Source: an uncultured Acidobacteriota bacterium
GTDB lineage: Bacteria > Acidobacteriota > Thermoanaerobaculia > UBA5066
Length of the DNA stretch: 64,000 nt
Direction: 5' to 3'
Assembly (NCBI GenBank): GCA_963779415.1
Contig: CAVZYA010000001.1
Coordinates: 2,048,001 to 2,112,000, forward strand
Shown: piece by piece, positions 10,171-20,665 of the stretch
Layout: each line of letters opens with the position of its first letter
Numbering within the stretch: the first letter of the stretch is position 1
Position numbers and translations under genes: made by a program
The notes under the pieces: model-generated
Databases searched by the model: none
What the model was told of the DNA's origin: nothing
Seen by the model: only the letters and a program-made list of their open reading frames with translations

Positions 10171-11010
10171 ATGGGTCAGAATCCGGCGGTGGACCAGCCG
10201 GACCTTCCCCCGGGGCTCGTCGAGGTGCTCGGCCCGCTCTGCGACGGGAGGCCCCTCGTCTTCTTCGACCTCGAGACGACCGGCACGGAGAGGACGCTCG
10301 ACCGGATCGTCGAGATCGCCGCCATCGCCATCCTTCCCGACGGGCCGCCACGGGTCTTCGACCGGCGCGTGAACCCGGGCGTCCGGATCCCGAGCGAGGC
10401 CGCGGCCATCCACGGGATTTCGGACGCGGACGTCAAGGACGCCCCGACGTTCCGCCAGATCGCTCCCGACCTCCTCGCGTTCCTCGGCGACGCCGACCTC
10501 GCCGGATACAACATCCGGGCCTTCGACATTCCCCTCCTTCAGAAGGAGTTCGAGCGGGCGGCCGTCCCCTTCCGCCTCGAGGGGCGTCGGATCGTCGACA
10601 TGCAGACGATCTTCTTCCGAAAGGAACCGCGGGACCTCGGCGCCGCTCTCCGGTTCTTCGCGGGGCGCGAGCACGCCGGGGCGCACGCGGCCCTCGCGGA
10701 CGTCGTCGCTTCCGCCGAGGTCCTCGCGGGACAGCTCCGCCGCTATCCCGATCTCCCCCGGACGATCGGCGGCCTCCACGAGTTCTCCGCCCCGGCCGAG
10801 GGGCGGTGGGTCGATCCGGACAAGCGCTTCTTCTGGCGGGACGGCGAGGCCGTCTTCGCCTTCGGGGACCACCGCGGCCGGAGCCTCGCGCTCGTGGCCG
10901 AGACGAACCCGGATTACCTCGACTGGATGGTCCGGAGGGACTTCCCCGAGCCGGCCAAGGAGATCGTGAGGAACGCCCGCCGCGGCGTCTTCCCGAAGAG
11001 ACGGCCGTGA
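10171..11010 (+). CDS. DEDDh 3'-5' exonuclease (DnaQ-like) with ExoX-like C-terminal domain
   Basis: FFDLETTG, IHGI, GYNIRAFD, AHAALAD and C-terminal FGDHRG...YLDW. Alternative start GTG 10189. Confidence 0.9.
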   Translation: MGQNPAVDQPDLPPGLVEVLGPLCDGRPLVFFDLETTGTERTLDRIVEIAAIAILPDGPPRVFDRRVNPGVRIPSEAAAIHGISDADVKDAPTFRQIAPDLLAFLGDADLAGYNIRAFDIPLLQKEFERAAVPFRLEGRRIVDMQTIFFRKEPRDLGAALRFFAGREHAGAHAALADVVASAEVLAGQLRRYPDLPRTIGGLHEFSAPAEGRWVDPDKRFFWRDGEAVFAFGDHRGRSLALVAETNPDYLDWMVRRDFPEPAKEIVRNARRGVFPKRRP

Positions 11011-11404
11011 CGCCGGGGCTCCCGCGGGGCCTCGCCCGGCGCCGTTCCCGTCCCGTCCGGATCGCGCTCCTCACGCTCGGTTGGGCGCTCCTCGCGATCG
11101 GATTCGTCGGCGGGCTTCTGCCCGTCATCCAGGGGTGGCCGTTCGGCGTCGCCGGCGCGGCGATCCTCTACGTCGAGAGCCGCTGGGTCAGCGGAAGGTC
11201 CGAAGGTGGCGGCAGAAGCACCCGAAGGCGGAAGCGACCTGGCTTCGCGCCCGCCTCTGGCTCCGCGAGCGGCGCAAGGCGCGCGAGGCGAAGGCCCGCG
11301 CGGGACGGAGCTGCGGGCCGGCGAGCCTCAGTCCATCTGACGGCGGAGGAACGTCGGGATGTCGAAGAGGTCCTCGCGCGGGTCGCGCTGCGTCAGGATG
11401 TTGA
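11007..11404 (+). CDS. Small membrane protein, PGPGW/DUF454-like; one frameshift near 11189
   Basis: GWALLAIGFVGGLLPVIQGW...YVESRWV continues after a shift as QRKVRRWRQKHPKAE. The 3' end is uncertain and overlaps ftsZ. Confidence 0.5.
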
Positions 11405-12524
11405 CTCCGTAGCCCGAGTCCTCCGGCGGAGGGATCACCGGCTCGGGCGCGCTCTTGCCGCCGCGCTTCTCGACGCGCCCCCCCTGAGGCGTGACGGGAA
11501 GCGAGACCTCTCGCCGCGAGGCGAGCGCCACCGGAGCATCGAATCCCGTCGCGATGACGCTGATCTTCACTTGATCCCGGAGGTCGGGGTCCCGGACGAG
11601 GCCGAAGATGATGTTCGCCTCCTCGTCCGCGGCCTGATGGATGACGTTGCAGGCCTCCCCCACCTCGGCCATCGTCAGGTCGTCGCCCCCCGTGATGTTG
11701 ATCAGGATGGCGCGCGCCCCCTGGATCGACTGCTCCTCGAGGAGCGGGTTCGAGATGGCGCGTTGCGCCGCCTCGACGGCCCGGTGCTCGCCGGCGGCCG
11801 TCCCGGTCCCCATGAGGGCCATCCCCATGTTCTCCATCACCGTCTTGACGTCGGCGAAGTCGAGGTTCACCTCGCCCGGCACGACGATCAGGTCGCTGAT
11901 CCCCTGAACGGCCTGCCGGAGGACGTCGTCGGCCAGACGGAACGCCTCCCACGTCGTCACGTTCCGTTCGACGAAGGCGTAGAGCCTCTCGTTCGGGATC
12001 GTGATGAGCGTGTCGACGTACTCGCGCAGCTCCGCGATGCCGTCCTCGGCGTACCGGAGCCGGCGGCGCCCCTCGAAGGCGAAGGGCTTCGAGACGATGG
12101 CGACCACGAGCGCCCCCGCCTCGGAGGCGAGGCGCGCGACGACGGGCGCGGCACCCGTCCCCGTCCCGCCTCCCATCCCGGCGGTCACGAAGACCATGTC
12201 CGAGCCCGCGAGCGTCTGCGAGATCCGCTCGGCGTCCTCGAGGGCCGCGTTCTTCCCGATCTCGGGGTTCGAGCCGGCCCCCATGCCGCGCGACGTCGTC
12301 AGGCCGAGCTGGAGCTTCGTCGGCGCCTTGTTGTTCCGGAGGGCCTGGAGGTCCGTGTTCGCGGAGATGAAATCGACTCCCCGGATGCCGGCCTCGATCA
12401 TCCGCTTGATGGCGTTCCCTCCGCCGCCTCCGACGCCGATGACCCGTATCCGGGAAGGCGGGGGGACTTCATCGCCCAGGGTGATCGAGAGAGGTCCGGG
12501 CTCGGGATCTTCGAGCAGGATCAT
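11328..12524 (-). CDS. ftsZ: Cell division protein FtsZ
   Basis: GVGGGGGNA, tubulin signature GMGGGTGTG, NLDFAD and C-terminal DIPTFLRRQMD. Confidence 0.99.
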   Translation of the reverse strand: MILLEDPEPGPLSITLGDEVPPPSRIRVIGVGGGGGNAIKRMIEAGIRGVDFISANTDLQALRNNKAPTKLQLGLTTSRGMGAGSNPEIGKNAALEDAERISQTLAGSDMVFVTAGMGGGTGTGAAPVVARLASEAGALVVAIVSKPFAFEGRRRLRYAEDGIAELREYVDTLITIPNERLYAFVERNVTTWEAFRLADDVLRQAVQGISDLIVVPGEVNLDFADVKTVMENMGMALMGTGTAAGEHRAVEAAQRAISNPLLEEQSIQGARAILINITGGDDLTMAEVGEACNVIHQAADEEANIIFGLVRDPDLRDQVKISVIATGFDAPVALASRREVSLPVTPQGGRVEKRGGKSAPEPVIPPPEDSGYGVNILTQRDPREDLFDIPTFLRRQMD

Positions 12525-12543
12525 TTTCTTTCCTCCATTGCTA

Positions 12544-13791
12544 TCACACGCTGGCCGACGAGGGGAAGAGGCCGCGAAGGGAATTCTTCAGTTTCGAGAC
12601 GAAGCCCTTGGATCCCGACCGGGGGTGGCGCGCCGGGGCCGAGGCCGCGGCGCTGCCATAGAGAAGGAGGCCGACGGCGCAGGCCCACTCGGGCGCCGAG
12701 ACGACGTCCTTGAGGCCTCCCACGTTCTGCGGCACTCCCCGGCGGCTCGGGATGCCGACGATCTGCTCGGCGACCTCCACGAGCCCGTCGAGGTCGGCGC
12801 CGCCGCCGGTCAGGACGAGTCCGGCCCGAAGCTCCCGGGCCGGGATCTCGCGGACGGCGTCGTCCCAGACGAGCTGCAGGAGCTCGTCGGCCCGGGCGTT
12901 CAGGATCTCGGCGATCTCGCGCCTCTTCACGGGATGGACGCCGCGCCCTCCCGTCTGCGGCATGTCGATCGTCTCGTCCTCGGGGACGAGCGCCGGGAGG
13001 GCCGACCCGTACTTCCGCTTCAGCCGCTCGGCGTCGGGAACCGGCGCCTTCTTCACGACGGCGATGTCGTTCGTGAAGTGGTCCCCGCCGATCGGGAGGA
13101 CCGCCGTGTGCCCGAGCGTCCCCCCTCTCCAGACGGCGACCTCCGTCGTGCCGCCGCCGATGTCCGCGAGGACGATCCCGAGTTCCTTCTCGTCGGCCGT
13201 CAGGACCGCCTCGCTCGCCGCGAGGGCCTCGAGGACCATCTCGATGACCTCGATTCCGGCGCGATTGACGCAGTTGAGGAGGTTCTGGACGGTCGCGACC
13301 GGAACGGTCACGACGTGGACGTCGGCCTCGAGACGGCTTCCGACCATCCCGAGAGGGTCGGCCACCCCTTCCTGCCCGTCCACGACGAACCCGCGCGGAA
13401 GGACGTGGAGAACCTCGAACTCCGCCGGGATCGGGACGGAGCGCGCCGCGTCGAGCGAGCGCTGGATGTCCTCGCGGGAGATCTCCCGGTTCTTCGCGGC
13501 CACCGCCACGACCTGCCGGCTGTTGAAAGACTTGATGGACGGACCCGAGACGCCGACGACCGCCCGCTCGATCTGGGCCCCCGCCATGATCTCGGCCTCC
13601 TCCGTGGCCCGCTTGATGGCGTCCACCGTGGCCGGCACGTCGATGATGGCGCCGCGCCGCGCCCCCTTGTGGGACGCCGTCCCCTTCCCGAGGACGTCGA
13701 CGCGCCCGCCCGGCTGCGGCTCGGCGATGAGGGCGCAGACCTTCGTGGAACCGATGTCGAGGCTGACGAGATATTGAGCGTTCTTCGGCAT
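12544..13791 (-). CDS. ftsA: Cell division protein FtsA
   Basis: SLDIGSTKV, DIGGGTT, GGDHFTNDIA, VLTGGGA and a C-terminal amphipathic helix. ATG 13791 lies within ORF 12544..14544. Confidence 0.97.
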   Translation of the reverse strand: MPKNAQYLVSLDIGSTKVCALIAEPQPGGRVDVLGKGTASHKGARRGAIIDVPATVDAIKRATEEAEIMAGAQIERAVVGVSGPSIKSFNSRQVVAVAAKNREISREDIQRSLDAARSVPIPAEFEVLHVLPRGFVVDGQEGVADPLGMVGSRLEADVHVVTVPVATVQNLLNCVNRAGIEVIEMVLEALAASEAVLTADEKELGIVLADIGGGTTEVAVWRGGTLGHTAVLPIGGDHFTNDIAVVKKAPVPDAERLKRKYGSALPALVPEDETIDMPQTGGRGVHPVKRREIAEILNARADELLQLVWDDAVREIPARELRAGLVLTGGGADLDGLVEVAEQIVGIPSRRGVPQNVGGLKDVVSAPEWACAVGLLLYGSAAASAPARHPRSGSKGFVSKLKNSLRGLFPSSASV

Positions 13792-13802
13792 GAAGGAATC
13801 CC

Positions 13803-14606
13803 TCAGAGCTTTCCGCGCCCGAGCGTGTCGGGCGGCGTGTGCAGGACGATGCGTCCGTCGAAACGGAGGTCGGCCGAGTCGTCCGGAAGTCCCCGCCGCG
13901 AAAGGTCGGGGACGAGGGCGAGGAAGGCGCGCCACGTCGCGGCCGTGCGCGGCGTCTCCTCGGGATTCTTCCCGACGACGAGCCGGGCGCGGGCGAGACG
14001 ATCGGTCACGACGAGGCCTTCCGGGGAGACAAGGACGTCGGAGACGCGGCTGAAGAGCGCAGGATCCACGTCCTTCAGGGAGGCGAGGAAGGCGGCGGCG
14101 CACCGGACGCTCTCGTCGTCCCCCGTCGCGTCGATGATCGGGAAGTCGTCCTCGCCCGAAAGGGCCCGCCCTTCGTACGGACCGAGCCATGCGCCCCCCT
14201 TGTCCACCGTCCAGAGCGTCCCTGCGCGGCGGGCGAGCGCGAGAGGCGGGCGCGCCTCGATCCGGATCAGGAGCGTGTCGGGGACGAGCCGCCGGGCCGC
14301 CGCGCGCGCCACCCAGGGCTGGCGCGCGAGGCCGCTGACGGCGGCGTCGAGATCGACGAAGAGGAGCGGCCGTCCGAGAAGCGGATCCGTCACTTCCTCG
14401 GCCTCGGCGCGGCGGGCGTCCGGCACCCCTTCGAGGACGACGCGCTTCACGGCGAAGCGCGGGTGGTGCCGGAGGACGAGCGCTCCGCCGAGCGCGAGAA
14501 GGGCGAGCGAGAGGAGGGTGAGGGCCGGGAGTAGCCCCTTCCACGTCGACCGCCGGTGGCGCGGTCGGGCGAGGCGCGAGATCGGGGGGCGGTAGAAGCT
14601 GCTCAC
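13803..14606 (-). CDS. ftsQ: Cell division protein FtsQ/DivIB
   Basis: Single TM, POTRA domain (PWVARAAARRLVPDTLLIRIEAR) and C-terminal DLRFDGRIV. GTGA overlap with murC. Confidence 0.9.
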   Translation of the reverse strand: MSSFYRPPISRLARPRHRRSTWKGLLPALTLLSLALLALGGALVLRHHPRFAVKRVVLEGVPDARRAEAEEVTDPLLGRPLLFVDLDAAVSGLARQPWVARAAARRLVPDTLLIRIEARPPLALARRAGTLWTVDKGGAWLGPYEGRALSGEDDFPIIDATGDDESVRCAAAFLASLKDVDPALFSRVSDVLVSPEGLVVTDRLARARLVVGKNPEETPRTAATWRAFLALVPDLSRRGLPDDSADLRFDGRIVLHTPPDTLGRGKL

Positions 14607-15979
14607 GCGGCCCCTCCAGCGGCCAGCCACGCCTCGCCGAAGTGGAGGACGTCGCCGGCCCCCATCGTGATCAGGAGGTCCCCTTCCCGAAGGGTCTCCT
14701 CGAGCGCCGGAAGGATCTCCTCGCGCGACGCGAGGAACCGGGCGCTGCGGTGGCCGCGCGCCGTGGCGGCGTCCGCCACGAGCGCTCCGGTCACCCCCGC
14801 GATCGGCGCCTCGCGCGAGCCGTAGACGGGCGCGACGAGAAGGACGTCGGCCGCGAGGAACGCCGCGCCGAAGGCGGCCGAAAAGTCGCGCGTCCGGCTG
14901 TAGAGGTGGGGCTGGAAGAGGGCCACGACCCGCCGGTCCGGGTGGGTCTGCCGCGCCGCCGCGAGCGTCGCGGAGACCTCCGTCGGGTGGTGTGCATAGT
15001 CGTCGTAGACGAGGACTCCCGCGCGCTCCCCTTTCGGCTCGAAGCGGCGGATGACCCCGGCGAACTCGTCGAGGGCGCGCGCGGCGAGGAGGAACGGGAT
15101 CTCCAGCTCGATCGAGACGGCGATCGCGGCGAGGGCGTTCTTCACGTTGTGGAGCCCCGGCACGGAGAGCCGGACCGGTCCGAGCACCCTCCGGTCGGCG
15201 AGGGCCAGGAATCGGGAGCCGCTCCGTTCCAGGACGAGGTCCCGGAGGGTCACGTCGGCCTGCGGCGTCAGCCCGAAGGTCACGACCCGCCGCCGGATGA
15301 GCGGCCGGATCTCCTGGACGTTCGGGTCGTCGAGCCCGAGGAGGGCCGCGCCGAAGAACGGGACGCTGTGGGCGTACCTGGCGAAGGCATCCTGGAGGTC
15401 CGCGAGGTCGCGGTACGTGTCGAGATGCTCGAGATCGATGTTCGTCACCACCGCGAGAAGGGGCCTGAGCTCGAGGAACGACCGGTCGAACTCGTCCGCC
15501 TCCGCCACGAGCCATTCGCCGTGCCCGAGACGGGCGTTCCCCACGTCGCGCATCCGGCCACCGACGATGATCGTCGGGTCCATCCCCGCGGCGAGGAGGA
15601 TCGCCCCGGTCATCGACGTCGTCGTCGTCTTTCCGTGCGTTCCGGCGATGGCGATGCCGCGCTTGAAGCGCATCACCTCGGCCAGCATCTCCGCCCGCTT
15701 GATGACGGGGATCCCGGAGGCGCGCGCCGCGACGACTTCGACGTTGTCCTCGGCGACGGCCGACGAGTAGACGACGACGTCGGAGGAGGCGACGTGCTCG
15801 GGGCGGTGCCCGTGGAAGACCGGGATGCCGAGCGACGCCAGACGGCGCGTCGTCTCGGACTCCTTCGCGTCGGAGCCGGTGACGCGGAGGCCCACCGTCT
15901 TCAGAAGCTCGGCGAGTCCCGACATCCCGATGCCACCGATTCCGACGAAGTGGATCTCCCGGGCACGAAGAAAGTTCAC
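14603..15979 (-). CDS. murC: UDP-N-acetylmuramate--L-alanine ligase
   Basis: HFVGIGGIGMSGLA, GTHGKTTT, EADEFD, DDYAHHPTE and FQPHLYSRT. Confidence 0.98.
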   Translation of the reverse strand: MNFLRAREIHFVGIGGIGMSGLAELLKTVGLRVTGSDAKESETTRRLASLGIPVFHGHRPEHVASSDVVVYSSAVAEDNVEVVAARASGIPVIKRAEMLAEVMRFKRGIAIAGTHGKTTTTSMTGAILLAAGMDPTIIVGGRMRDVGNARLGHGEWLVAEADEFDRSFLELRPLLAVVTNIDLEHLDTYRDLADLQDAFARYAHSVPFFGAALLGLDDPNVQEIRPLIRRRVVTFGLTPQADVTLRDLVLERSGSRFLALADRRVLGPVRLSVPGLHNVKNALAAIAVSIELEIPFLLAARALDEFAGVIRRFEPKGERAGVLVYDDYAHHPTEVSATLAAARQTHPDRRVVALFQPHLYSRTRDFSAAFGAAFLAADVLLVAPVYGSREAPIAGVTGALVADAATARGHRSARFLASREEILPALEETLREGDLLITMGAGDVLHFGEAWLAAGGAA

Positions 15980-17091
15980 GCGGGCCTCCTGGCGGTCGAA
16001 AGGACGAGGTCGGCCAGTCGCGCCGCGGCGTCGGGGATGGCCGCGCGCCGCGCGGACGATCCCATGTCGAGAAGTCGGGCCGGATCGGAGAGGAGCGCGG
16101 CCATCTCGTCCGCGAGCCGGCCGACCGTGGCGTCGTCTTCAGTCACGACGACGGCCGCTCCGGCACGCTCGAGGGCGCGGGCATTGGCTTCCTGATGGCC
16201 GTGCGTCGCCCCCGCGAACGGGACGAGGAGCGCCGGGCGCCCGGCCGCGGCGATCTCGGCGGCGGTCATCGCCCCCGAGCGCGCGACGACGAGATCGGCC
16301 GAAGCGTATTCCGAAGGGATGTCGTCGAGAAACTCGCGGACGCTCTCGGCACCGAAGCCGAGGGTCGCGTACCGGGTCCGGAGGTCTTCGGCGTCGTGGC
16401 CGAGGCCGCGCCGAGCCCGTCCCGCCTGGTGGACGACGTCGAGCGCGAGCCCACGCGCGGCGACGGCCGCGAGGGCGTCGGGGACGAGCCGGTTCAGGAT
16501 CTGCGCTCCCTGGCTCCCGCCGACGACGAGGACCTTCATCCGCCGGAGAGCCGGGCGTGGCGCGAGAGAGGGGATCGCGAAGAAGGCGTCGCGGACGGGA
16601 TTCCCCGTGACGACCCCTCCCGGAAGCGCCGCGGCGGCGGCCTCGCTCCCGGCCGCCACGCGGGTCGCGACGCGGGAGAGGAGCCGGTTCGTGAAGCCGG
16701 GGACCGCGTTCGCCTCGTGGACGACCGTCGGAACCCGGCGGAGCCACGCCGTCGCGACGACGGGGCCCGACGCGTACCCGCCCACGCCGACGACGGCTCG
16801 CGGCGAGCGCCGCGAGAGGATCCGCCACGAATCGAAGAGCGCGGGGAGGACCGCGGCCGCTCCCCGGAGGCGCGCCGCGAGCCCTTTTCCGACGAGTCCG
16901 CGCGCCCGGACGAACTCGAGCGGGAATCCCGCCTTCGGGACGAGGTCGGCCTCGAGGCCGGAGCGGGTCCCGACGAGGACGACCGGCTCTTCCGGACGGC
17001 GGCGCGAGAGCTCCCGCGCGAGCGCGAGGGCCGGGAAGACGTGCCCCCCCGTTCCTCCGCCGGCGATCAGGATGCCGAAGGCGCCGCTCAT
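15976..17091 (-). CDS. murG: Lipid II N-acetylglucosaminyltransferase
   Basis: GGGTGGHVFP, GGYASGP, HEANAVPG, GNPVR, GGSQGA and HQEANA. ATGA overlap with ftsW. Confidence 0.97.
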   Translation of the reverse strand: MSGAFGILIAGGGTGGHVFPALALARELSRRRPEEPVVLVGTRSGLEADLVPKAGFPLEFVRARGLVGKGLAARLRGAAAVLPALFDSWRILSRRSPRAVVGVGGYASGPVVATAWLRRVPTVVHEANAVPGFTNRLLSRVATRVAAGSEAAAAALPGGVVTGNPVRDAFFAIPSLAPRPALRRMKVLVVGGSQGAQILNRLVPDALAAVAARGLALDVVHQAGRARRGLGHDAEDLRTRYATLGFGAESVREFLDDIPSEYASADLVVARSGAMTAAEIAAAGRPALLVPFAGATHGHQEANARALERAGAAVVVTEDDATVGRLADEMAALLSDPARLLDMGSSARRAAIPDAAARLADLVLSTARRPA

Positions 17092-18191
17092 GACGCGTGC
17101 TGCGAGAGGTTGAGGAGGACCCCGACCGCGAGGAGGTTCGTCCAGAGGGCCGAGCCTCCGTACGACAGGAACGGGAGCGGGATCCCCTTGGTGGGCAGGA
17201 GGGCGAGGACGACGGAGATGTTGACGAGGGCCTGCGCCATGATCATCACCGCGAGGCCCGTGCCGAGAAGCCGGCCGAAGGTGTCCGGGGCGTTCGCGGC
17301 GGCCCGGATCCCGCGCGCGAAAACGATGCCGAAGAGGGCGAGGACGACGACGCAGCCGATCAGGCCGAGCTCCTCGCCGACGATCGCGAAGATGAAGTCC
17401 GTGTAGGGATAGGGAAGGAAGAAGAGCTTCTGCTTCCCGTCCCCGAGGCCGAGGCCCGTGAGGCCGCCGGTCCCGACCGCGATGAGTGACTGGAGAGCCT
17501 GGAACCCCTTGCCGAGCGGATCGGCCTCCGGATGAAAGAACGAGAAGAGGCGCTCCCGTCGGTACGGCGCCGAGAGGGCGTAGGCCGTCAGCGTCGGGAC
17601 GAGGAGGAGCGTCCCGAGGGCGAACCACCGGAGCCGGAGCCCCGCGAGGAAGAGCATCGCGGCGGCGATCACGAAGTAGGTCACGGCGGTCCCGAAGTCG
17701 GGCTGGAGCAGGACGAGCCCCGCGAAGAACGCGAGGAGCCCGGCGACGGGGAGGAGGGTCCTCGTCGGGTGGTCGATCTCCCCCTCGCGCCGCGAGAGGA
17801 ACGCCGCGAGGGCGACGACGAGGCCGAGTTTCGCGAACTCCGACGGCTGGATGGACATCAGGCCGAGGTCGATCCAGCGGCGCGTCCCGTTGATCGGAGC
17901 GCGGAAGAGAACGGCGACGAGCGCGGTGGCGACGACGACGAGCGCGGCGACGACGAGGGCCGGACGGTTCATCTGCCGATAGTCGAGAAGGAGCGCCCCC
18001 GCCATCAGGGCGGCCCCGAGAAGGACGCCGACCCCCTGTTTGAGGAGGAAGAAGTAGGGAAGGACGGGGGCACCGGCGGCGGGAAGGTAGATCTGCATTG
18101 CCGACGCGCTGTAGATCATCACGAGCCCGAGAAGGACGAGCAGGACGACGGCCACGAAGAGGAGGCGGTCGGACGCGAGCTTCCGGGCCAT
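17088..18191 (-). CDS. ftsW: SEDS peptidoglycan polymerase FtsW
   Basis: RRWI, QPSEFAK, LQPDFGT, TDFIFAIVGEELG and PTKGIPLPFLSYGGS. Confidence 0.97.
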   Translation of the reverse strand: MARKLASDRLLFVAVVLLVLLGLVMIYSASAMQIYLPAAGAPVLPYFFLLKQGVGVLLGAALMAGALLLDYRQMNRPALVVAALVVVATALVAVLFRAPINGTRRWIDLGLMSIQPSEFAKLGLVVALAAFLSRREGEIDHPTRTLLPVAGLLAFFAGLVLLQPDFGTAVTYFVIAAAMLFLAGLRLRWFALGTLLLVPTLTAYALSAPYRRERLFSFFHPEADPLGKGFQALQSLIAVGTGGLTGLGLGDGKQKLFFLPYPYTDFIFAIVGEELGLIGCVVVLALFGIVFARGIRAAANAPDTFGRLLGTGLAVMIMAQALVNISVVLALLPTKGIPLPFLSYGGSALWTNLLAVGVLLNLSQHAS

Positions 18192-19580
18192 CTAACGGCC
18201 CTCCGGAAGGGCCCGGACGAGCGCGGCGAAGACCTCGCCCCGCTGCTCGTAGTTCTTGAACTGGTCGAAGGAGGCGCAGGCGGGCGAAAGGAGGACGACC
18301 TCTCCCGGCGAGGCGGTGGACGCCACCTCGACGGCGCGTTCGAGCGTCCGGCAGCGGACGACAGGGATCCCCGGTGGCGCCTCGAGCGCCATCGCGATCC
18401 GGTCCCCGGCCGCTCCGATCGTCAGGACGCGGTGCGCCTTCCGGTGCGCGAGCGGGGCGAGGCGCCGGAAGTCGTCCCCCTTCTCCTTCCCGCCGAGGAT
18501 GAGATGGACCGTCCCGTCCGGGAACCCTTCGAGGCTCTTGAGCGTCGCGTCGACGTTCGTCCCCTTCGAGTCGTCGTAGTACGCGACACCCCGGAGGATC
18601 CGGACGAGCTCCGTCCGGTGCGGGAGCCCGCGGAACTCGCGGAAGGTCCGGACGGCGGCTTCTTCCGTCACGCCGACCGGGAGCGTCGCCGCGAGCGCCG
18701 CGAGCGCGTTCTCCACGTTGTGGGTCCCGGGAAGCGCGAGGTCGGCGCGGTGCGCGACCGTCTTCGGGCCGCTCCCGTCGAGGTCGGCGACGAAGGCGTC
18801 CCCAAGGAGCGCGACGCCGCGGCGCGGGGCTCCCGCCCGCGAGAACTCGAGGCGCCGCGCCCGGGGGCGGATTCGGGCGACGAGCGGGTCGTCGGCGTTC
18901 AGGACGGCGATCTGCGCCTCGTGCTGGTTCTCGAAGATCCGGGCCTTCGCCGCGCCGTAGTCGTCGAGCGAACGGTACCGGTCGAGGTGGTCGGGGGTCA
19001 GGTTCAGGTGGACCGCGATGTCGGGCGCGAACCGGCGGATCCCCTCGAGCTGGAAAGACGACAGCTCCACGACCCAGACGGGGGGCGGCGCCCCTTCGGC
19101 GAGCGCGCCCGGTGCGGCGAAGGAGATCCATGGGGTGCCGAAGTTCCCGCACGCGAAGGCCTTCCGCCCCGCGGCCGAAAGGAGGGCGGCGGCGAGCGCC
19201 GTCGTCGTCGACTTCCCGTTCGTCCCCGTGATGCCGACGACGAGGCCCGGCAGAAGGCGCGAGGCGAGCTCGATTTCGGAGACGACCGGCAGCGCACAGG
19301 AGCGCGCCGCGTCGAAGACCGGAAGCTGAAGCGGAATCCCCGGCGAGACGACGACGAGGTCGACGCCCGAGAGAAGCGAGTCCGGATGGCCGCCGAGGAC
19401 GTAGCGGACACCGTCCCGCTCCGGGAGGTCGCCGAGCTCCTGCCGGCTCTTGGCGTCCGTGGCGACGACCTCGACGCCGCGGGAGAGGAGCACCTCCACG
19501 GCGGCCCGTCCGGAGCGGGCGAGGCCGAAGACCGCGGCGCGCGCGATCGGGGCGAGGTCGGCTCCGAGGTCGAGATTCAT
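18192..19580 (-). CDS. murD: UDP-N-acetylmuramoylalanine--D-glutamate ligase
   Basis: GITGTNGKSTT, ELSSFQL, DHLDRY, DDSKGTN and SPACASFDQF. ATG 19580 overlaps the mraY stop. Confidence 0.97.
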   Translation of the reverse strand: MNLDLGADLAPIARAAVFGLARSGRAAVEVLLSRGVEVVATDAKSRQELGDLPERDGVRYVLGGHPDSLLSGVDLVVVSPGIPLQLPVFDAARSCALPVVSEIELASRLLPGLVVGITGTNGKSTTTALAAALLSAAGRKAFACGNFGTPWISFAAPGALAEGAPPPVWVVELSSFQLEGIRRFAPDIAVHLNLTPDHLDRYRSLDDYGAAKARIFENQHEAQIAVLNADDPLVARIRPRARRLEFSRAGAPRRGVALLGDAFVADLDGSGPKTVAHRADLALPGTHNVENALAALAATLPVGVTEEAAVRTFREFRGLPHRTELVRILRGVAYYDDSKGTNVDATLKSLEGFPDGTVHLILGGKEKGDDFRRLAPLAHRKAHRVLTIGAAGDRIAMALEAPPGIPVVRCRTLERAVEVASTASPGEVVLLSPACASFDQFKNYEQRGEVFAALVRALPEGR

Positions 19581-20665
19581 CGCAGTTTCAGCGTCGAGAG
19601 GGAAAAGAGGGCGAAGACGATCGCCACGATCCAGAACCGGATGATGACCTTCGACTCGGCCCATCCGAGGAGCTCGAAATGGTGGTGGAGCGGCGCCATC
19701 CGGAAGACCCGCTTCCCCGTGAGCTTGAAGGAGGCGACCTGGAGGATCACGGAGAGCGCCTCGACGACGAAGAGGCCGCCGACGAAGACGAGGAGGATCT
19801 CCTGCTTGATGAGAACGGCGACCGCGCCGAGGGCCGCGCCGAGCGCGAGGGATCCCGTGTCGCCCATGAACACTTCGGCGGGGTGCGCGTTGAACCAGAG
19901 GAAGCCGAGCGAGGCGCCGACGAGGGCCGCGAGGAAGACGGAGAGCTCGCCCGTCCCCGGGACGTGGGGGACGAGGAGGTAGCCCGCGGCCTTCGCGTTT
20001 CCCGCGATGTAGGCGAGCAGGGCGAACGTGGCGGCCGCGATCAGCGTCGAGCCGATGGCGAGGCCGTCGAGCCCGTCCGTCAGGTTGACCGCGTTCGACG
20101 CCCCGACGACGACGATCGTCGCGAAGACGAGATAGCCGATCGTGCCGATGTCGGGATGGACGTTCTTGAAGAAGGGAAACGAGAGATGCGTCGGCTCGGG
20201 GCGCCCGGGAAAGAGCGTCATGGAGGCGAGCGCGACTCCGAGGCCGACGAGCGTCTGCAGCAGGAGCTTCTGCCGCCCCGAGAGGCCGCGGTTCTCCCGC
20301 CGCGAGACCTTGCGCCAGTCGTCCCCGACGCCGATGGCCATCGCGAGGAGCATCGCGACGAGGGCGACCCAGACGTAGCGGTTCGAAAGGTCCGCGAAGA
20401 GAAGTGTCGGGAGGGCCACCGCGAGGTTGATCAGGACGCCCCCCATCGTCGGCGTGCCCGCCTTGGCCTGGTGCGCCTTCGGCCCCTCCTCGCGGATCGT
20501 CTGCCCGATCTGCCGGCTCTTGAGCCAGCGGATCAGGGCGGGCCCGAGCGCCACCGAGAGGATCAGCGCGAGGAGCGAGGCCATGGCGGCCCGGAAGGTG
20601 ATGTACCGGAAGACGCCGACGACCGGCACGTGCCCCGCGAGCTGAGAGAGGAGCCAGGAGATCAC
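19577..20665 (-). CDS. mraY: Phospho-N-acetylmuramoyl-pentapeptide transferase
   Basis: KAGTPTMGG, NAVNLTDGLDGL, FMGDTGSL and MAPLHHHFE. GTGA overlap with murE. Confidence 0.97.
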   Translation of the reverse strand: MISWLLSQLAGHVPVVGVFRYITFRAAMASLLALILSVALGPALIRWLKSRQIGQTIREEGPKAHQAKAGTPTMGGVLINLAVALPTLLFADLSNRYVWVALVAMLLAMAIGVGDDWRKVSRRENRGLSGRQKLLLQTLVGLGVALASMTLFPGRPEPTHLSFPFFKNVHPDIGTIGYLVFATIVVVGASNAVNLTDGLDGLAIGSTLIAAATFALLAYIAGNAKAAGYLLVPHVPGTGELSVFLAALVGASLGFLWFNAHPAEVFMGDTGSLALGAALGAVAVLIKQEILLVFVGGLFVVEALSVILQVASFKLTGKRVFRMAPLHHHFELLGWAESKVIIRFWIVAIVFALFSLSTLKLR